Assembly: GCA_964016885.1 (NCBI GenBank)
Contig: OZ024756.1
Location: 16,554,001 to 16,618,000, forward strand
Origin: Eledone cirrhosa
Lineage: Eukaryota
Length of the DNA: 64,000 nucleotides
Direction: 5' to 3'
The position numbers were made by a program, and so were the translations under genes. Under the pieces are notes generated by a model, which was not told the origin of the DNA, searched no databases, and saw only the letters and a program-made list of their open reading frames with translations. Positions 48,801 through 62,977 of this stretch are shown here, piece by piece (position 1 is the first letter of the stretch; every line of letters starts with the position of its first letter).

Positions 48801-51800
48801 CTCTCTTAACACAAACATTCAGCACAGAATGAGACACAGGGATCAGTTGACAGCTCAGCCTCTCTCTTAACACAAACATTCAGCACAGAATGAGACACAG
48901 TGATCAGTTGACAGCTCATCCCCTCTCTTAACACAAACATTCAGCACAGAATGAGACACAGTGATCAGTTGACAGCTCAGCCTCTATCTTAACACAAACA
49001 TTCAGCACAGAATGAAACACAGGGATCAGTTGACAGCTCAGACTCTCTCTTAACACAAACATTCAGCACAGAATGAGACACAGGGATCAGTTGACAGCTC
49101 AGACTCTCTCTTAACACAAACATTCAGCACAGAATGAAACACAGGGATCAGTTGACAGCTCAGCCTCTCTCTTAACACAAACATTCAGCACAGAATGAGA
49201 CACAGGGATCAGTTAACAGCTCAGCCTCTCTCTTAACACAAACATTCAGCACAGAATGAGACACAGGGATCAGTTGACAGCTCATCCCCTCTCTTAACAC
49301 AAACATTCAGCACAGAATGAGACACAGGGATCAGTTGACAGCTCAGCCTCTCTCTTAACACAAACATTCAGCACAGAATGAGACACAGGGATCAGTTGAC
49401 AGCTCAGCCTCTCTCTCAACACAAACATTCAGCACAGAATGAGACACAGGGATCAGTTGACAGCTCAGCCTCTCTCTTAACACAAACATTCAGCACAGAA
49501 TGAGACACAGGGATCAGTTGACAGCTCAGCCTCTATCTTAACACAAACATTCAGCACAGAATGAGACACAGGGATCAGTTGACAGCTCAGCCTCTCTCTC
49601 AACACAAACATTCAGCACAGAATGAGACACAGGGATCAGTTGACAGCTCAGCCTCTCTCTTAACACAAACATTCAGCACAGAATGAGACACAGTGATCAG
49701 TTGACAGCTCAGCCTCTCTCTTAACACAAACATTCAGCACAGAATGAGACACAGGGATCAGTTGACAGCTCAGCCTCTCTCTTAACACAAACATTCAGCA
49801 CAGAATGAGACACAGGGATCAGTTGACAGCTCAGCCTCTCTCTCAACACAAACATTCAGCACAGAATGAGACACAGGGATCAGTTGACAGCTCAGCCTCT
49901 CTCTTAACACAAACATTCAGCACAGAATGAGACACAGGGATCAGTTGACAGCTCAGCCTCTCTCTCAACACAAACATTCAGCACAGAATGAGACACAGGA
50001 ATCAGTTGACAGCTCAGCCTCTCTCTTAACACAAACATTCAGCACAGAATGAGACACAGGGATCAGTTGACAGCTCAGCCTCTCTCTTAACACAAACATT
50101 CAGCACAGAATGAGACACAGGGATCAGTTGACAGCTCAGCCTCTCTCTTAACACAAACATTCAGCACAGAATGAGACACAGGGATCAGTTGACAGCTCAG
50201 CCTCTCTCTCAACACAAACATTCAGCACAGAATGAGACACAGGGATCAGTTGACAGCTCAGCCTCTCTCTTAACACAAACATTCAGCACAGAATGAGACA
50301 CAGGGATCAGTTGACAGCTCAGCCTCTCTCTCAACACAAACATTCAGCACAGAATGAGACACAGGGATCAGTTGACAGCTCAGCCTCTCTCTTAACACAA
50401 ACATTCAGCACAGAATGAGACACAGGGATCAGTTGACAGCTCAGCCTCTCTCTCAACACAAACATTCAGCACAGAATGAGACACAGGGATCAGTTGACAG
50501 CTCAGCCTCTCTCTTAACACAAACATTCAGCACAGAATGAGACACAGGGATCAGTTGACAGCTCAGCCTCTCTCTTAACACAAACATTCAGCACAGAATG
50601 AGACACAGGGATCAGTTGACAGCTCAGCCTCTCTCTCAACACAAACATTCAGCACAGAATGAGACAGGGATCAGTTGACAGCTCAGCCTCTCTCTTAACA
50701 CAAACATTCAGCACAGAATGAGACACAGGGATCAGTTGACAGCTCAGCCTCTATCTTAACACAAACATTCAGCACAGAATGAGACACAGGGATCAGTTGA
50801 CAGCTCAGCCTCTCTCTTAACACAAACATTCAGCACAGAATGAGACACAGTGATCAGTTGACAGCTCATCCCCTCTCTTAACACAAACATTCAGCACAGA
50901 ATGAGACACAGTGATCAGTTGACAGCTCAGCCTCTATCTTAACACAAACATTCAGCACAGAATGAGACACAGGGATCAGTTGACAGCTCAGCCTCTCTCT
51001 TAACACAAACATTCAGCACAGAATGAGACACAGGGATCAGTTGACAGCTCAGCCTCTCTCTTAACACAAACATTCAGCACAGAATGAGACACAGGGATCA
51101 GTTGACAGCTCAGCCTCTCTCTTAACACAAACATTCAGCACAGAATGAGACACAGTGATCAGTTGACAGCTCATCCCCTCTCTTAACACAAACATTCAGC
51201 ACAGAATGAGACACAGTGATCAGTTGACAGCTCAGCCTCTATCTTAACACAAACATTCAGCACAGAATGAAACACAGGGATCAGTTGACAGCTCAGACTC
51301 TCTCTTAACACAAACATTCAGCACAGAATGAGACACAGGGATCAGTTGACAGCTCAGACTCTCTCTTAACACAAACATTCAGCACAGAATGAAACACAGG
51401 GATCAGTTGACAGCTCAGCCTCTCTCTTAACACAAACATTCAGCACAGAATGAGACACAGGGATCAGTTAACAGCTCAGCCTCTCTCTTAACACAAACAT
51501 TCAGCACAGAATGAGACACAGGGATCAGTTGACAGCTCATCCCCTCTCTTAACACAAACATTCAGCACAGAATGAGACACAGGGATCAGTTGACAGCTCA
51601 GCCTCTCTCTTAACACAAACATTCAGCACAGAATGAGACACAGGGATCAGTTGACAGCTCAGCCTCTCTCTCAACACAAACATTCAGCACAGAATGAGAC
51701 ACAGGGATCAGTTGACAGCTCAGCCTCTCTCTTAACACAAACATTCAGCACAGAATGAGACACAGAGATCAGTTGACAGCTCAGCCCCTCTCTTAACACA

Positions 51801-53096
51801 AACATTCAGCACAGAATGAGACACAGGGATCAGTTGACAGCTCAGCCTCTCTCTCAACACAAACATTCAGCACAGAATGAGACACAGGGATCAGTTGACA
51901 GCTCAGACTCTCTCTCAACACAAACATTCAGCACAGAATGAGACACAGTGATCAGTTGACAGCTCAGCCTCTCTCTTAACACAAACATTCAGCACAGAAT
52001 GAGACACAGGGATCAGTTGACAGCTCAGCCTCTCTCTTAACACAAACATTCAGCACAGAATGAGACACAGGGATCAGTTGACAGCTCAGCCTCTCTCCTA
52101 ACACAAACATTCAGCACAGAATGAGACACAGGGATCAGTTGACAGCTCAGCCTCTCTCTCAACACAAACATTCAGCACAGAATGAGACACAGGGATCAGT
52201 TGACAGCTCAGCCTCTCTCTTAACACAAACATTCAGCACAGAATGAGACACAGGGATCAGTTGACAGCTCAGCCTCTATCTTAACACAAACATTCAGCAC
52301 AGAATGAGACACAGGGATCAGTTGACAGCTCATCCCCTCTCTTAACACAAACATTCAGCACAGAATGAGACACAGGGATCAGTTGACAGCTCAGCCTCTC
52401 TCTTAACACAAACATTCAGCACAGAATGAGACACAGGGATCAGTTGACAGCTCAGCCTCTCTCTCAACACAAACATTCAGCACAGAATGAGACACAGGGA
52501 TCAGTTGACAGCTCAGCCTCTCTCTTAACACAAACATTCAGCACAGAATGAGACACAGAGATCAGTTGACAGCTCAGCCCCTCTCTTAACACAAACATTC
52601 AGCACAGAATGAGACACAGGGATCAGTTGACAGCTCAGCCTCTCTCTCAACACAAACATTCAGCACAGAATGAGACACAGGGATCAGTTGACAGCTCAGA
52701 CTCTCTCTCAACACAAACATTCAGCACAGAATGAGACACAGTGATCAGTTGACAGCTCAGCCTCTCTCTTAACACAAACATTCAGCACAGAATGAGACAC
52801 AGGGATCAGTTGACAGCTCAGCCTCTCTCTTAACACAAACATTCAGCACAGAATGAGACACAGGGATCAGTTGACAGCTCATCCCCTCTCTTAACACAAA
52901 CATTCAGCACAGAATGAGACACAGGGATCAGTTGACAGCTCAGCCTCTCTCTTAACACAAACATTCAGCACAGAATGAGACACAGGGATCAGTTGACAGC
53001 TCAGCCTCTCTCTCAACACAAACATTCAGCACAGAATGAGACACAGGGATCAGTTGACAGCTCAGCCTCTCTCTTAACACAAACATTCAATACAGA
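45868..53096. repeat. 61-bp tandem satellite, about 118 units, highly homogeneous
   Basis: Unit gcctctctcttaacacaaacattcagcacagaatgagacacagggatcagttgacagctca; shifts 1 nt per 60-nt line. Confidence 0.98.
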
Positions 53097-54894
53097 ATCA
53101 AAGAGGTCAGATCTGAGACATTAAAAAAATAAAATCAATTATTGACCTCTGCTAATGGCTTGTCTGACATTATAAACTGTCCATGTCAACAGCTGATCAC
53201 TCTGATGAGTCTACAGATGCTGGAAACTATTTCTAATAAGGAGGAGGTCCATAGAAGTAGTTGATAGCTTCAGCTATCTAAATGACTTTAAAAAATCCAA
53301 AGAAAACACAAAGAAAATGATAAAAACAAAAAAACATGTTAAAACATAAACAACATAGATATAATCCACATTTTCTTTTCTTATATATTGCTTTTTTCTT
53401 CATCAACATCATAGTCGTCATCAACATGATTATCATGGTCTTTTCATCCATTTTCTTATAGTTCAATGTTTGGAGAGAGTGAGAGATAGAGAGAGATAGT
53501 GAGAGGTAGAGAGAGAGTGAGTGAGAGATAGAAAGTGAGTCTGAAATAGAATAAGAGAGAATGAAAGAAATGAATGCAAATGTTTTGTTTCACTCCCATG
53601 TACCACCACACCACATCAGCCAACCATTGCATTGTTTTTTAGTCATCACAGATTAATGTTTGTTTGTTTGTTTAAAACACCCTCCTCTCACCTCTCCTCC
53701 CTCTAAACTTCCACCTGTTATTGTTACCAATTAACAATAGTCATAACTTGCCATGGACACAACATTTTGAATGCTAAAAATAGTAACCCCGTCTTCCCAA
53801 ATCTTACTCTACTTCCTTATAAAAAAAAACAAACAAGATAGGATGGCCATGACTGAATTGTCTGCTTTATCAGACTTCACCTATGGTCAAACAACAACAC
53901 TATTGTGTCAATGATATAACCTGGTAACTCCATTTGCTAGAAATAGCAGCAATATCTCCCCTTATCTTTCTTGATATCAACGTGTTCAAAAACAGCCCCG
54001 GTTCTATGAAACAAAACCACTCATTTTATAATCTTCCAGCATAATTGGACATGAAAACCATATGTTAAGTTATCTTAGTAATGAAATAATTAATCATTTT
54101 AGTAAATCCCTCAAAATATTTAACCATTAAAAATAGTGACAGGAAAGGGTTAACCCCCACCCCATACTCATTATCAACATCATCATGTCTCATTAAACAA
54201 ATGGAAGTAGATTAATGTAGTCCTAGATACACTATGTATTGAAATAAAAAAATAAAAATGGGATGCTCATGGGTGAAACACCTGCTGTATCAGAGCTGAC
54301 CTAGGGCTAAACAACATCCCAATCACTATAACCAATGTACCAAAGAGGGAAGCTTTTATGTGGTTATTTGATGAGCTAGAAGTAATAGACAAATCTCTCT
54401 CTCAAATCATACAAGGAAGGACACTGGATAATTTTAGCCAAAGGTAGAGAAAAGAGTAGAATGTGGTTGACATGGTTGAAGATCTTTGATCATAAGTCTG
54501 CTGAATTATGGCTGATCAAGGGCTAAACAACAACATAGAAAACTGTTAATTAGTGACATGATTAAAAGTAATTTGGCACAAGTGTTGATGTTGTTCTTGT
54601 TGTTTAGCCATAACTTCAGCCTGATTAACCCTTTAGCATTTACTCTATATATACTATTATATTTTCTCAGTAAAGGCTTTATCTCACATAATATCGAATC
54701 TATGAGATTTCGATATTATTTATTTTGAGAAAAATACCTTAACATCAGTATGAGTGGCCATTTACGATCAGTTTGAACAAAAAAAAGGTGAGAGAATTTC
54801 TGGCCAGATTAAATGCCAATGGATAGATTTACAACCAATGACATTCCAAGCATGACCATCTCTCTCACATGTAATTGCTATGGTGATGTTATTA

Positions 54895-55760
54895 ACCCTT
54901 ATCAGGTGTAATTGATATGTCAATTAATCCTAGCCAGGTGTAATTAATATGACATCACTAATTAATCCTAGTCAGGTGTAATTGATATGACATCACTAAT
55001 TAATTCTAGTCAGGTGTAATTGATATGTGATCACTAATTAATTCTAGTCAGGTGTAATTATTATGGATGTCAATATAAATTAAACTCTTGCTAACAGAGA
55101 AAACAGACATTAAATGATGATGATGATGATGATCATGTCTGGTGTAATGTTTATGGCATTGTTGCATTATTAATTAGTCAGGTGTAATTGCTATAATATT
55201 AACTAGTCAGGTGTAATTACTGTAGTGTTATTAACTAGTCAGGTGTAATTACTATAATATTATTAATTAATTAGTCAGGTGTAATTGCTATAATATTAAC
55301 TAGTCAGGTGTAATTACTGTAGTGTTATTAACTAGTCAGGTGTAATTACTGTAGTGTTATTAACTAGTCAGGTGTAATTACTATAATATTATTAATTAAT
55401 TAGTCAGGTGTAATTGCTATAATATTAACTAGTCAGGTGTAATTACGGTAGTGTTATTAACTAGTCAGGTGTAATTACTATAATATTATTAATTAATTAG
55501 TCAGGTGTAATTGCTATAATATTAACTAGTCAGGTGTAATTACTGTAGTGTTATTAAATAGTCAGGTGTAATTACTGTAGTGTTATTAACTAGTCAGGTG
55601 TAATTACTATAATATTAATTAACTAGTCAGGTGTAATTACTATAATATTATTAATTAATTAGTCAGGTGTAATTACTATAGTGTAATTAATTCATTAGGT
55701 TTAATTGCTATGGTATCATGTCATTATTAACAAATCTCTGTCAGGTGTAATTGCTATGTC
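54895..55760. repeat. Minisatellite of 28-38 bp with core tagtcaggtgtaatt
   Basis: More than 20 recurrences of tcaggtgtaatt with variable AT-rich spacers. Confidence 0.9.
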
Positions 55761-56118
55761 GTTATTAATTAACTCCTATTAGATTCAGTTGCTATGGTGT
55801 CATTATTAATTAGCCCCTAACCCCTGTCAGATGTGCTCTGAATCGACCTACAAAAACCTGTAGATTAATCAAAAGATTTTCAATATAAGTAGTCCCTTTT
55901 CTTCTTTCTATCCCATTAAACCCCATGACCTTGTTTACTATAACACATACACACACCTGAGACTAATATCTTATTCATGAGCTGTAGTTAACGAGTTATT
56001 AGGTTAAATGAAAAGATAATTACCTCATTAGAAATATGGTAACAAAAGCATTAACTAACCTAGGAATCACTTTTTTGGCATGCCTTTCAGCTAACAGGGA
56101 AAGAGGGCGAGAGAGATA

Positions 56119-56149
<31 letters not shown>

Positions 56150-56154
56150 AAACA

Positions 56155-56294
56155 TCAATAGAAGGCAGCAGCAGCAGAGTTTGGTGGAAGGAGAGGAACA
56201 TCAAAGAGATCACAGATGCCTTCACTGTCGTCCAGGTTGAACTGGTAGTCACGGTCACTGGGTGGAGGACTCAAACGCAGCAGAGGTTCCAAAC
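56155..56294 (-). CDS. E2F4: E2F4/5-like transcription factor, terminal coding exon (pocket-protein-binding C-terminus)
   Basis: Acceptor tttttcag, then (G)[45 protein letters not shown]; matches the E2F4/5 signature [24 protein letters not shown]; an invertebrate E2F4/5 co-orthologue is likely. Confidence 0.92.
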
Positions 56295-56351
56295 CTGAAA
56301 AATACCAAACATATTATGGATGTATGCATGTGTATGTGTGTGTGTATATAT

Positions 56352-56680
56352 CATTCATTTTACATCCGCTTTTTCCCTGCTTGCAAGGGTGGGACGGGAA
56401 CTGATTCTGGCTTGATTTCTACAGCTGGATGCCCTTCTTAACACCAACCTCATTTACAGTGAGTGCTGGGTGCTTTTTTTTTTCCCGTGGCACCTACACG
56501 TCCACTTTACAGTGGAATGATAGGGACCCCAGTCCCTATCATCTCATTTCTACAGCTGAGTAAACTGGAGCAATGTCAAATAAAGTGTCTTGCTCAAGGA
56601 AACAACACATCACTTGGTTTGAGAATTGAACTCACAACCTTTCGATTGCAAGGCTCTAACCACTAAGCCATGTGCCTCCT
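56352..56680 (-). mobile_element. tRNA-derived SINE with RTE-like tail (intronic)
   Basis: Minus-strand A box tggcttagtgg and B box gagttcaattc; tail ggtgttaagaagggcatccagctgtagaaa shared with the RTE 3' UTR. Confidence 0.85.
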
Positions 56681-56787
56681 GTGTATGTGTGTATATATAT
56701 ACATATATATATTGTTATACTTTGGCAGGGTCATGCTGCCAATAAAAACACACGCACCTGTTGGTTTTCACTTCAATTTATTATAAA

Positions 56788-56815
56788 CTAGCTGAGGTAC
56801 CCAGTAATACCCGGG
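56788..56815 (-). mobile_element. Helitron-like 3' terminus
   Basis: Minus strand cccgg-gtatta-ctggg hairpin, tacctcag, then CTAG followed by T. Confidence 0.6.
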
Positions 56816-57047
56816 AGTGGAGGTATTCCCAGTTCCCATTAAAATGCCCCAACAGTGTCAATGCATTACCCCACTTCTCGTCTACACTCTCATCCAGTCA
56901 CAACTACACCCCCAACACACACATTTACTCTTCACTTCTACATCTTACATGCATGCAGCCCCACCCCGCCACATGTCAATATTTACGGACACACTCACCG
57001 CACACACATCCAAACACTGATATAGAACCATTCACATACATCCAGTA

Positions 57048-59815
57048 GTATCTCACACACACATCCAAGTATCTCTCTCACACACACACACACATCCAAG
57101 TATCTCTCACACACACACACACATCCAAGTATCTCTCACACACACACACACATCCAAGTATCTCTCACACACACACACACACATCCAAGTATCTCTCACA
57201 CACACATCCAAATATCTCTCACACACACATCCAAATATCTCTCACACACACATCCAAATATCTCACACACACACACATCCAAATATCTCTCTCACACACA
57301 CACATCCAAGTATCTCTCACACACACATCCAAGTATCTCTCACACACACACATCCAAGTATCTCTCACACACACATCCAAATATCTCTCACACACACATC
57401 CAAATATCTCTCACACACACATCCAAATATCTCACACACACACACATCCAAATATCTCTCTCACACACACACATCCAAGTATCTCTCACACACACATCCA
57501 AGTATCTCTCTCACACACACACATCCAAGTATCTCTCACACACACATAAAAGTATCTCTCACACACACATCCAAGTATCTCTCACACACACATCCAAGTA
57601 TCTCTCATACACACATCCAAGTATCTCACACACACATCCAAGTATCTCTCACACACACACATCCAAGTATCTCTCACACACACACATCCAAGTATCTCAC
57701 ACACACATCCAAGTATGTCTCACACACACACATCCAAGTATCTCTCACACACACACATCCAAGTATCTCACACACACACACATCCAAGTATCTCTCTCAC
57801 ACACACACATCCAAGTATCTCTCTCACACACACACACATCCAAGTATCTCTCACACACACACACATCCAAGTATCTCTCACACACACATCCAAGTATCTC
57901 ACACACACACACATCTAAGTATCTCTCACACACACATCCAAGTATCTCACACACACACATCCAAGTATCTCACACACACACATCCAAGTATCTCACACAC
58001 ACACATCCAAGTATCTCTCACACACACATCCAAGTATCTCTCTCACACACACATCCAAGTATCTCTCTCACACACACACATCCAAGTATCTCTCACACAC
58101 ACACATCCAAGTATCTCTCTCACACACACATCCAAGTATCTCTCACACACACACATCCAAGTATCTCTCACACACACACACATCCAAGTATCTCTCACAC
58201 ACACATCCAAGTATCTCACACACACACATCCAAGTATCTCTCACACACACATCCAAGTATCTCACACACACACATCCAAGTATCTCACACACACACATCC
58301 AAGTATCTCACACACACACATCCAAGTATCTCTCACACACACATCCAAGTATCTCTCTCACACACACATCCAAGTATCTCTCTCACACACACACATCCAA
58401 GTATCTCTCACACACACACATCCAAGTATCTCTCTCACACACACATCCAAGTATCTCTCACACACACACATCCAAGTATCTCTCACACACACACACATCC
58501 AAGTATCTCTCACACACACATCCAAGTATCTCTCACACACACATCCAAGTATCTCTCACACACACATCCAAGTATCTCTCACACACACACATCCAAGTAT
58601 CTCTCTCACACACACATCCAAGTATCTCTCTCACACACACATCCAAGTATCTCTCACACACACACATCCAAGTATCTCACACACACACACATCCAAGTAT
58701 CTCTCTCACACACACACATCCAAGTATCTCTCTCACACACACACACATCCAAGTATCTCACACACACACACATCCAAGTATCTCTCTCACACACACATCC
58801 AAGTATCTCTCTCACACACACATCCAAGTATCTCACACACACACATCCAAGTATCTCTCACACACACACATCCAAGTATCTCTCACACACACATCCAAGT
58901 ATCTCACACACACACATCCAAGTATCTCACACACACACACATCCAAATATCTCTCACACACACATCCAAGTATCTCTCACACACACATCCAATTATCTCA
59001 CACACACACATCCAAGTATCTCTCACACACACATCCAAGTATCTCTCACACACACATCCAAGTATCTCTCTCACACACACACATCCAAGTATCTCTCTCA
59101 CACACACATCCAAGTATCTCTCACACACACACATCCAAGTATCTCACACACACACACATCCAAGTATCTCTCTCACACACACACATCCAAGTATCTCTCT
59201 CACACACACACACATCCAAGTATCTCACACACACACACATCCAAGTATCTCTCTCACACACACACATCCAAGTATCTCTCTCACACACACATCCAAGTAT
59301 CTCTCTCACACACACATCCAAGTATCTCACACACACACATCCAAGTATCTCTCACACACACACATCCAAGTATCTCTCACACACACATCCAAGTATCTCA
59401 CACACACACATCCAAGTATCTCACACACACACACATCCAAATATCTCTCACACACACATCCAAGTATCTCTCACACACACATCCAATTATCTCACACACA
59501 CACATCCAAGTATCTCTCACACACACACATCGAAGTATCTCACACACACACACATCCAAATATCTCTCACACACACATCCAAGTATCTCACACACACACA
59601 TCCAAGTATCTCTCACACACACACATCGAAGTATCTCACACACACACACATCCAAATATCTCTCACACACACATCCAAGTATCTCACACACACACATCCA
59701 AGTATCTCTCTCACACACATCCAAGTATCTCTCTCACACACATCCAAGTATCTCTCACACACACACATCCAAGTATCTCTCACACACACACATCTCACAT
59801 ACACATCCAAGTATA
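57048..59815. repeat. Compound minisatellite catccaagta(tc)n(ac)n, 22-30-bp units, inside the last E2F intron
   Basis: Fixed core catccaagta with independently varying TC and AC runs. Confidence 0.95.
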
Positions 59816-59852
59816 TGCCACACACACACACTGACATGACTACACTACATAC

Positions 59853-59891
59853 CTTCTGTTGCTAAGAGACTATCAAGATCACCATCAACAT
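59853..59891 (-). CDS. E2F4: E2F4/5-like penultimate 39-nt exon (phase 1-1)
   Basis: ttatttcag|atgttgatggtgatcttgatagtctcttagcaacagaag|gtatgt encodes xVDGDLDSLLATEG; splices in frame to [11 protein letters not shown] and aligns with the acidic L..L..SE segment of E2F4. Confidence 0.8.
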
Positions 59892-59926
59892 CTGAAATAA
59901 GAATATAAAGACAGTTAAGAGTCATA

Positions 59927-60655
59927 TGGTGGTGGTGGTGGTGGTGGTAGGTGGTGGTGTTGATGGTGGTGGTGGTAGTGTTGATGGTAGCAGTGGTGGT
60001 GTTGGTGTTGATGGTAGCAGTGGTGGTGTTGGTGTTGATGGTAGTGGTGGTGGTAGTGGTGTTAGTGGTGGTGATGGTGGTGTTGATGGTAGCGGTGTTG
60101 GTGTTGATGGTAGCGGTGGAGCTAGTGGTGGTGTTGTTGATGGTAGTGGTGGTGGTGGTAGGTGGTGGTGATGGTGGTGTTGGTGGTGTTGATGGTAGTA
60201 ACACATACATACACATACATACATACATACATACAAACATATACATACATACATACAAACATACATATACAAACACATACATATACAAATATATACACAT
60301 ACATACATATACAAACACATACATACATATATACAAACACAAACATACATATACAAACACAAACATACATATACAAACACATACATACATACAAACACAT
60401 ACATACATATACAAACACATACATACAAACATACATATACAAACACATACATACATATATACAAACACAAACATACATATACAAACACAAACATACATAT
60501 ACAAACACATACATACATACAAACACATACATACAAACATACATATACAAACACATACATACATATATACAAACACAAACATACATATACAAACACAAAC
60601 ACACATATACAAACACATACATACATATACACATATATACACATACATACATATA
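59927..60655. repeat. Degenerate (GGT)n tract (59927-60198) followed by an (ACAT/AAAC)n tract
   Basis: Direct inspection. Confidence 0.9.
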
Positions 60656-60830
60656 TGATGTGGGGAAAAAAAACCCCAAATACCCCCCCACCCACCCCCC
60701 GTGTAACTAATGGTGGACTAGGCGAAAAGCCTCTAAATAATAACTGAAATGAATGGTCAGATAGACAGTGTGAACGGAGTCTCATGGTAGTCTCTCGGTA
60801 TTTTCGGAATTACACCTGGTGAATACCTTG

Positions 60831-61131
60831 GGTGTTCAATTCTCAGACCGGGTGATGTGTTGTTTCCTTGAGCGAGACACTTTATTTCACATTGCTCCAG
60901 TTTACTCAGCTGTAGAAATGAGATGATAGGGACTGGGGTCCCTATCATTCCACTGCAAAGTGGTCGTGGAGGTGCCATGGCAAAAAAGCACCTACCACTC
61001 ACTGTAAATGAGGTTGGTGTTAGGAAGGGCATCCAGCTGTAGAAATCAAGCCAGAATCAGTTCCCGTATGAGCAAGACAAGGTCAGCCGACCGGACACTG
61101 CCCACAACAGGACATAAAATGGTGATGATGA
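60831..61131 (+). mobile_element. tRNA-SINE truncated at the B box
   Basis: gttcaattctcagaccgggtgatgtg...ggtgttaggaagggcatccagctgtagaaa...ggacataaaatggtgatgatg. Confidence 0.82.
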
Positions 61132-61169
61132 TATACATTTATAAACACATACATACATACATAAACATA

Positions 61170-61403
61170 CAGTGGAGCCTCAGTTCATGAATGTCTCTCA
61201 TCAAGAACAAAAATCATCTCAGTAACAAACACAAACCAGCAACAACAATTGGCAGGAAAGTGTTACTTGCTGTGTAGTTAGTTACTGTGATGATATCATC
61301 AGTCTTTCACACAGTCTCTCTCTCAACATTTCGTTTGCGAAAATAGTTTCAGTTTATAAACAGCTTCAGGAATGAATTAAGTTCGTGAACCGAGATTCCA
61401 TTG
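61170..61403. mobile_element. Tigger/pogo-like MITE
   Basis: TIRs cagtggagcctcagttcatgaa / ttcgtgaaccgagattccattg with TA on both sides. Confidence 0.75.
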
Positions 61404-62314
61404 TATAAATATACAAATACATACATGGTCTCTTAAATCTTGAGCGAGTCGTAGAGGCACTGCTGTGGCATAAGGCATTTAAATGTCTTGAGTATTTAAA
61501 CCTAGCAGAGCTCATCCCTCTTCAGGTTTGAACTCAGCCAACTTCTTCTTAGACAGAGAGATGTATTTATGAACCCACAACTTCTGGGAGAGCTGTAGGG
61601 ATACCAATGTGATACACGACATGTCCTGCAGACTTTAAACTTGGTGGAACCCATCCCTTCATCAATGGTGAACACCACACAGCATGTCTTGCACACTTTA
61701 AACCTGGCAGAACCCATCTCTTCTCCAAGTGTGACACACTATCAATTTCTTCCAGAGAAGGATGGAGAGTAAGTAATTGGAAATGAGAAAGAAATATAAA
61801 AGAAGAATTGACTCCAGTATTTGACTGGTATTTTTTTCATAGATCTTGAAAGGCTGAAAGGCAAAGTTAACCTTGGTAGGATCTTGAAAGTTCAGATAGC
61901 GGAAACAAATACTACAAGGCATTCTAGATCTGTAATTAAGTCATTAGATCATTATCTAACCCGTGCTAGTGTCGAAAAATGGACATAAAATGGTGATTAT
62001 TATGATGATTAATCACAGATCATCATCATCATTTAATGCTTGCATGGGTCACACATATATACACAATTGCACCCACTCATAGATATATACATACAGAAAA
62101 ACGCACATATATATATTGATAAATACATAGATAAATGCACATACATAAATACACACACATACATTGATAAACACACATATAGTGAAATCAACTGAAGTTC
62201 AATATTTCATAGGAAAACTCACCAAATGATTTAGAACTACCGAGGAAGATTGGAAGACTTTCTGTGATATTAGAAGCTAGAAATATATTTTAAAAATAAA
62301 AATATATATATATA

Positions 62315-62802
62315 CCGTATTTTGGGGAATATAGGGTGCACTTTCTTTTTAAAAATTTGACCCTCAAAATCACTGTGCGTCTTAAAAGGCGAAGGTCAGA
62401 TTTAGGGTAATTACCATATGTCAATATTTTATAATTAAAAAGTAGGAAATATTGGGGTGCTGTGAAAACCAAGACAGTTATAAAAGGTTTTAAAAAATGT
62501 GGCATCAGCAATGCCCAAGATGGCACCAAAATGATTTTCTGTATAATGATAGCCATACAAGTGATTCTGTAGACAGCGATGACCCTAAGGAATGTAAGTA
62601 AGTCGATGAATTTCAGGAACTAGATGACGGTGACAACCAGGAAATCAATGAGGATGACAATAGTCATGATTTTATAAGATTTGAAAGTGATTAAAATGTT
62701 AATAGCATTAATAGCGTTAATTCCCTTTAATTTTATTTTTCCTGGATATTCATTTAGAGTGTGTCCTATATTCCGGTGCATCTTATATTCCCCAAAATAC
62801 TG
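62315..62802 (+). mobile_element. Internally deleted pogo-family DNA transposon
   Basis: TIRs ccgtattttggggaatata / tatattccccaaaatactg with TA TSD; internal TVIKGFKKCGISNAQDGT resembles the pogo transposase C-terminal motif FKKCGISN.LDG. Confidence 0.8.
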
Positions 62803-62977
62803 TATATATACGGATGGATGATGATGGTGATGGTGTTGATGATGACGACGACGAGCCTGCATTTCTTTGTGGTTGTTTGGATGATATACACGTCTTCAGG
62901 TGAGAGTCCAAGAAGATCCAAAAATCGATTAAAGATGTTTAGCGCCCACTTTGAGAACCTCTGCTTTATAATATATA

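Noticed and set aside
45868-53096. Possible CRISPR array or ribozyme repeat
   Set aside because: The units have no unique spacers and no CUGAnGA/GAAA core, no cas genes are present, and the context is eukaryotic
53195-53240. CTGATGA...GAAAC motif
   Set aside because: I found no stem I complementarity and no stem III/NUH site in register
54895-55760. Constant core with variable spacers, superficially CRISPR-like
   Set aside because: The spacers are short AT-rich variants of each other that recur in a pattern, so this is an ordinary minisatellite
59845-60785. Thr-, Pro-, Gly- or Val-rich ORFs (mucin- or extensin-like)
   Set aside because: They derive from (GGT)n and (ACAT)n tracts in an intron; only the final 39-nt E2F exon is credible
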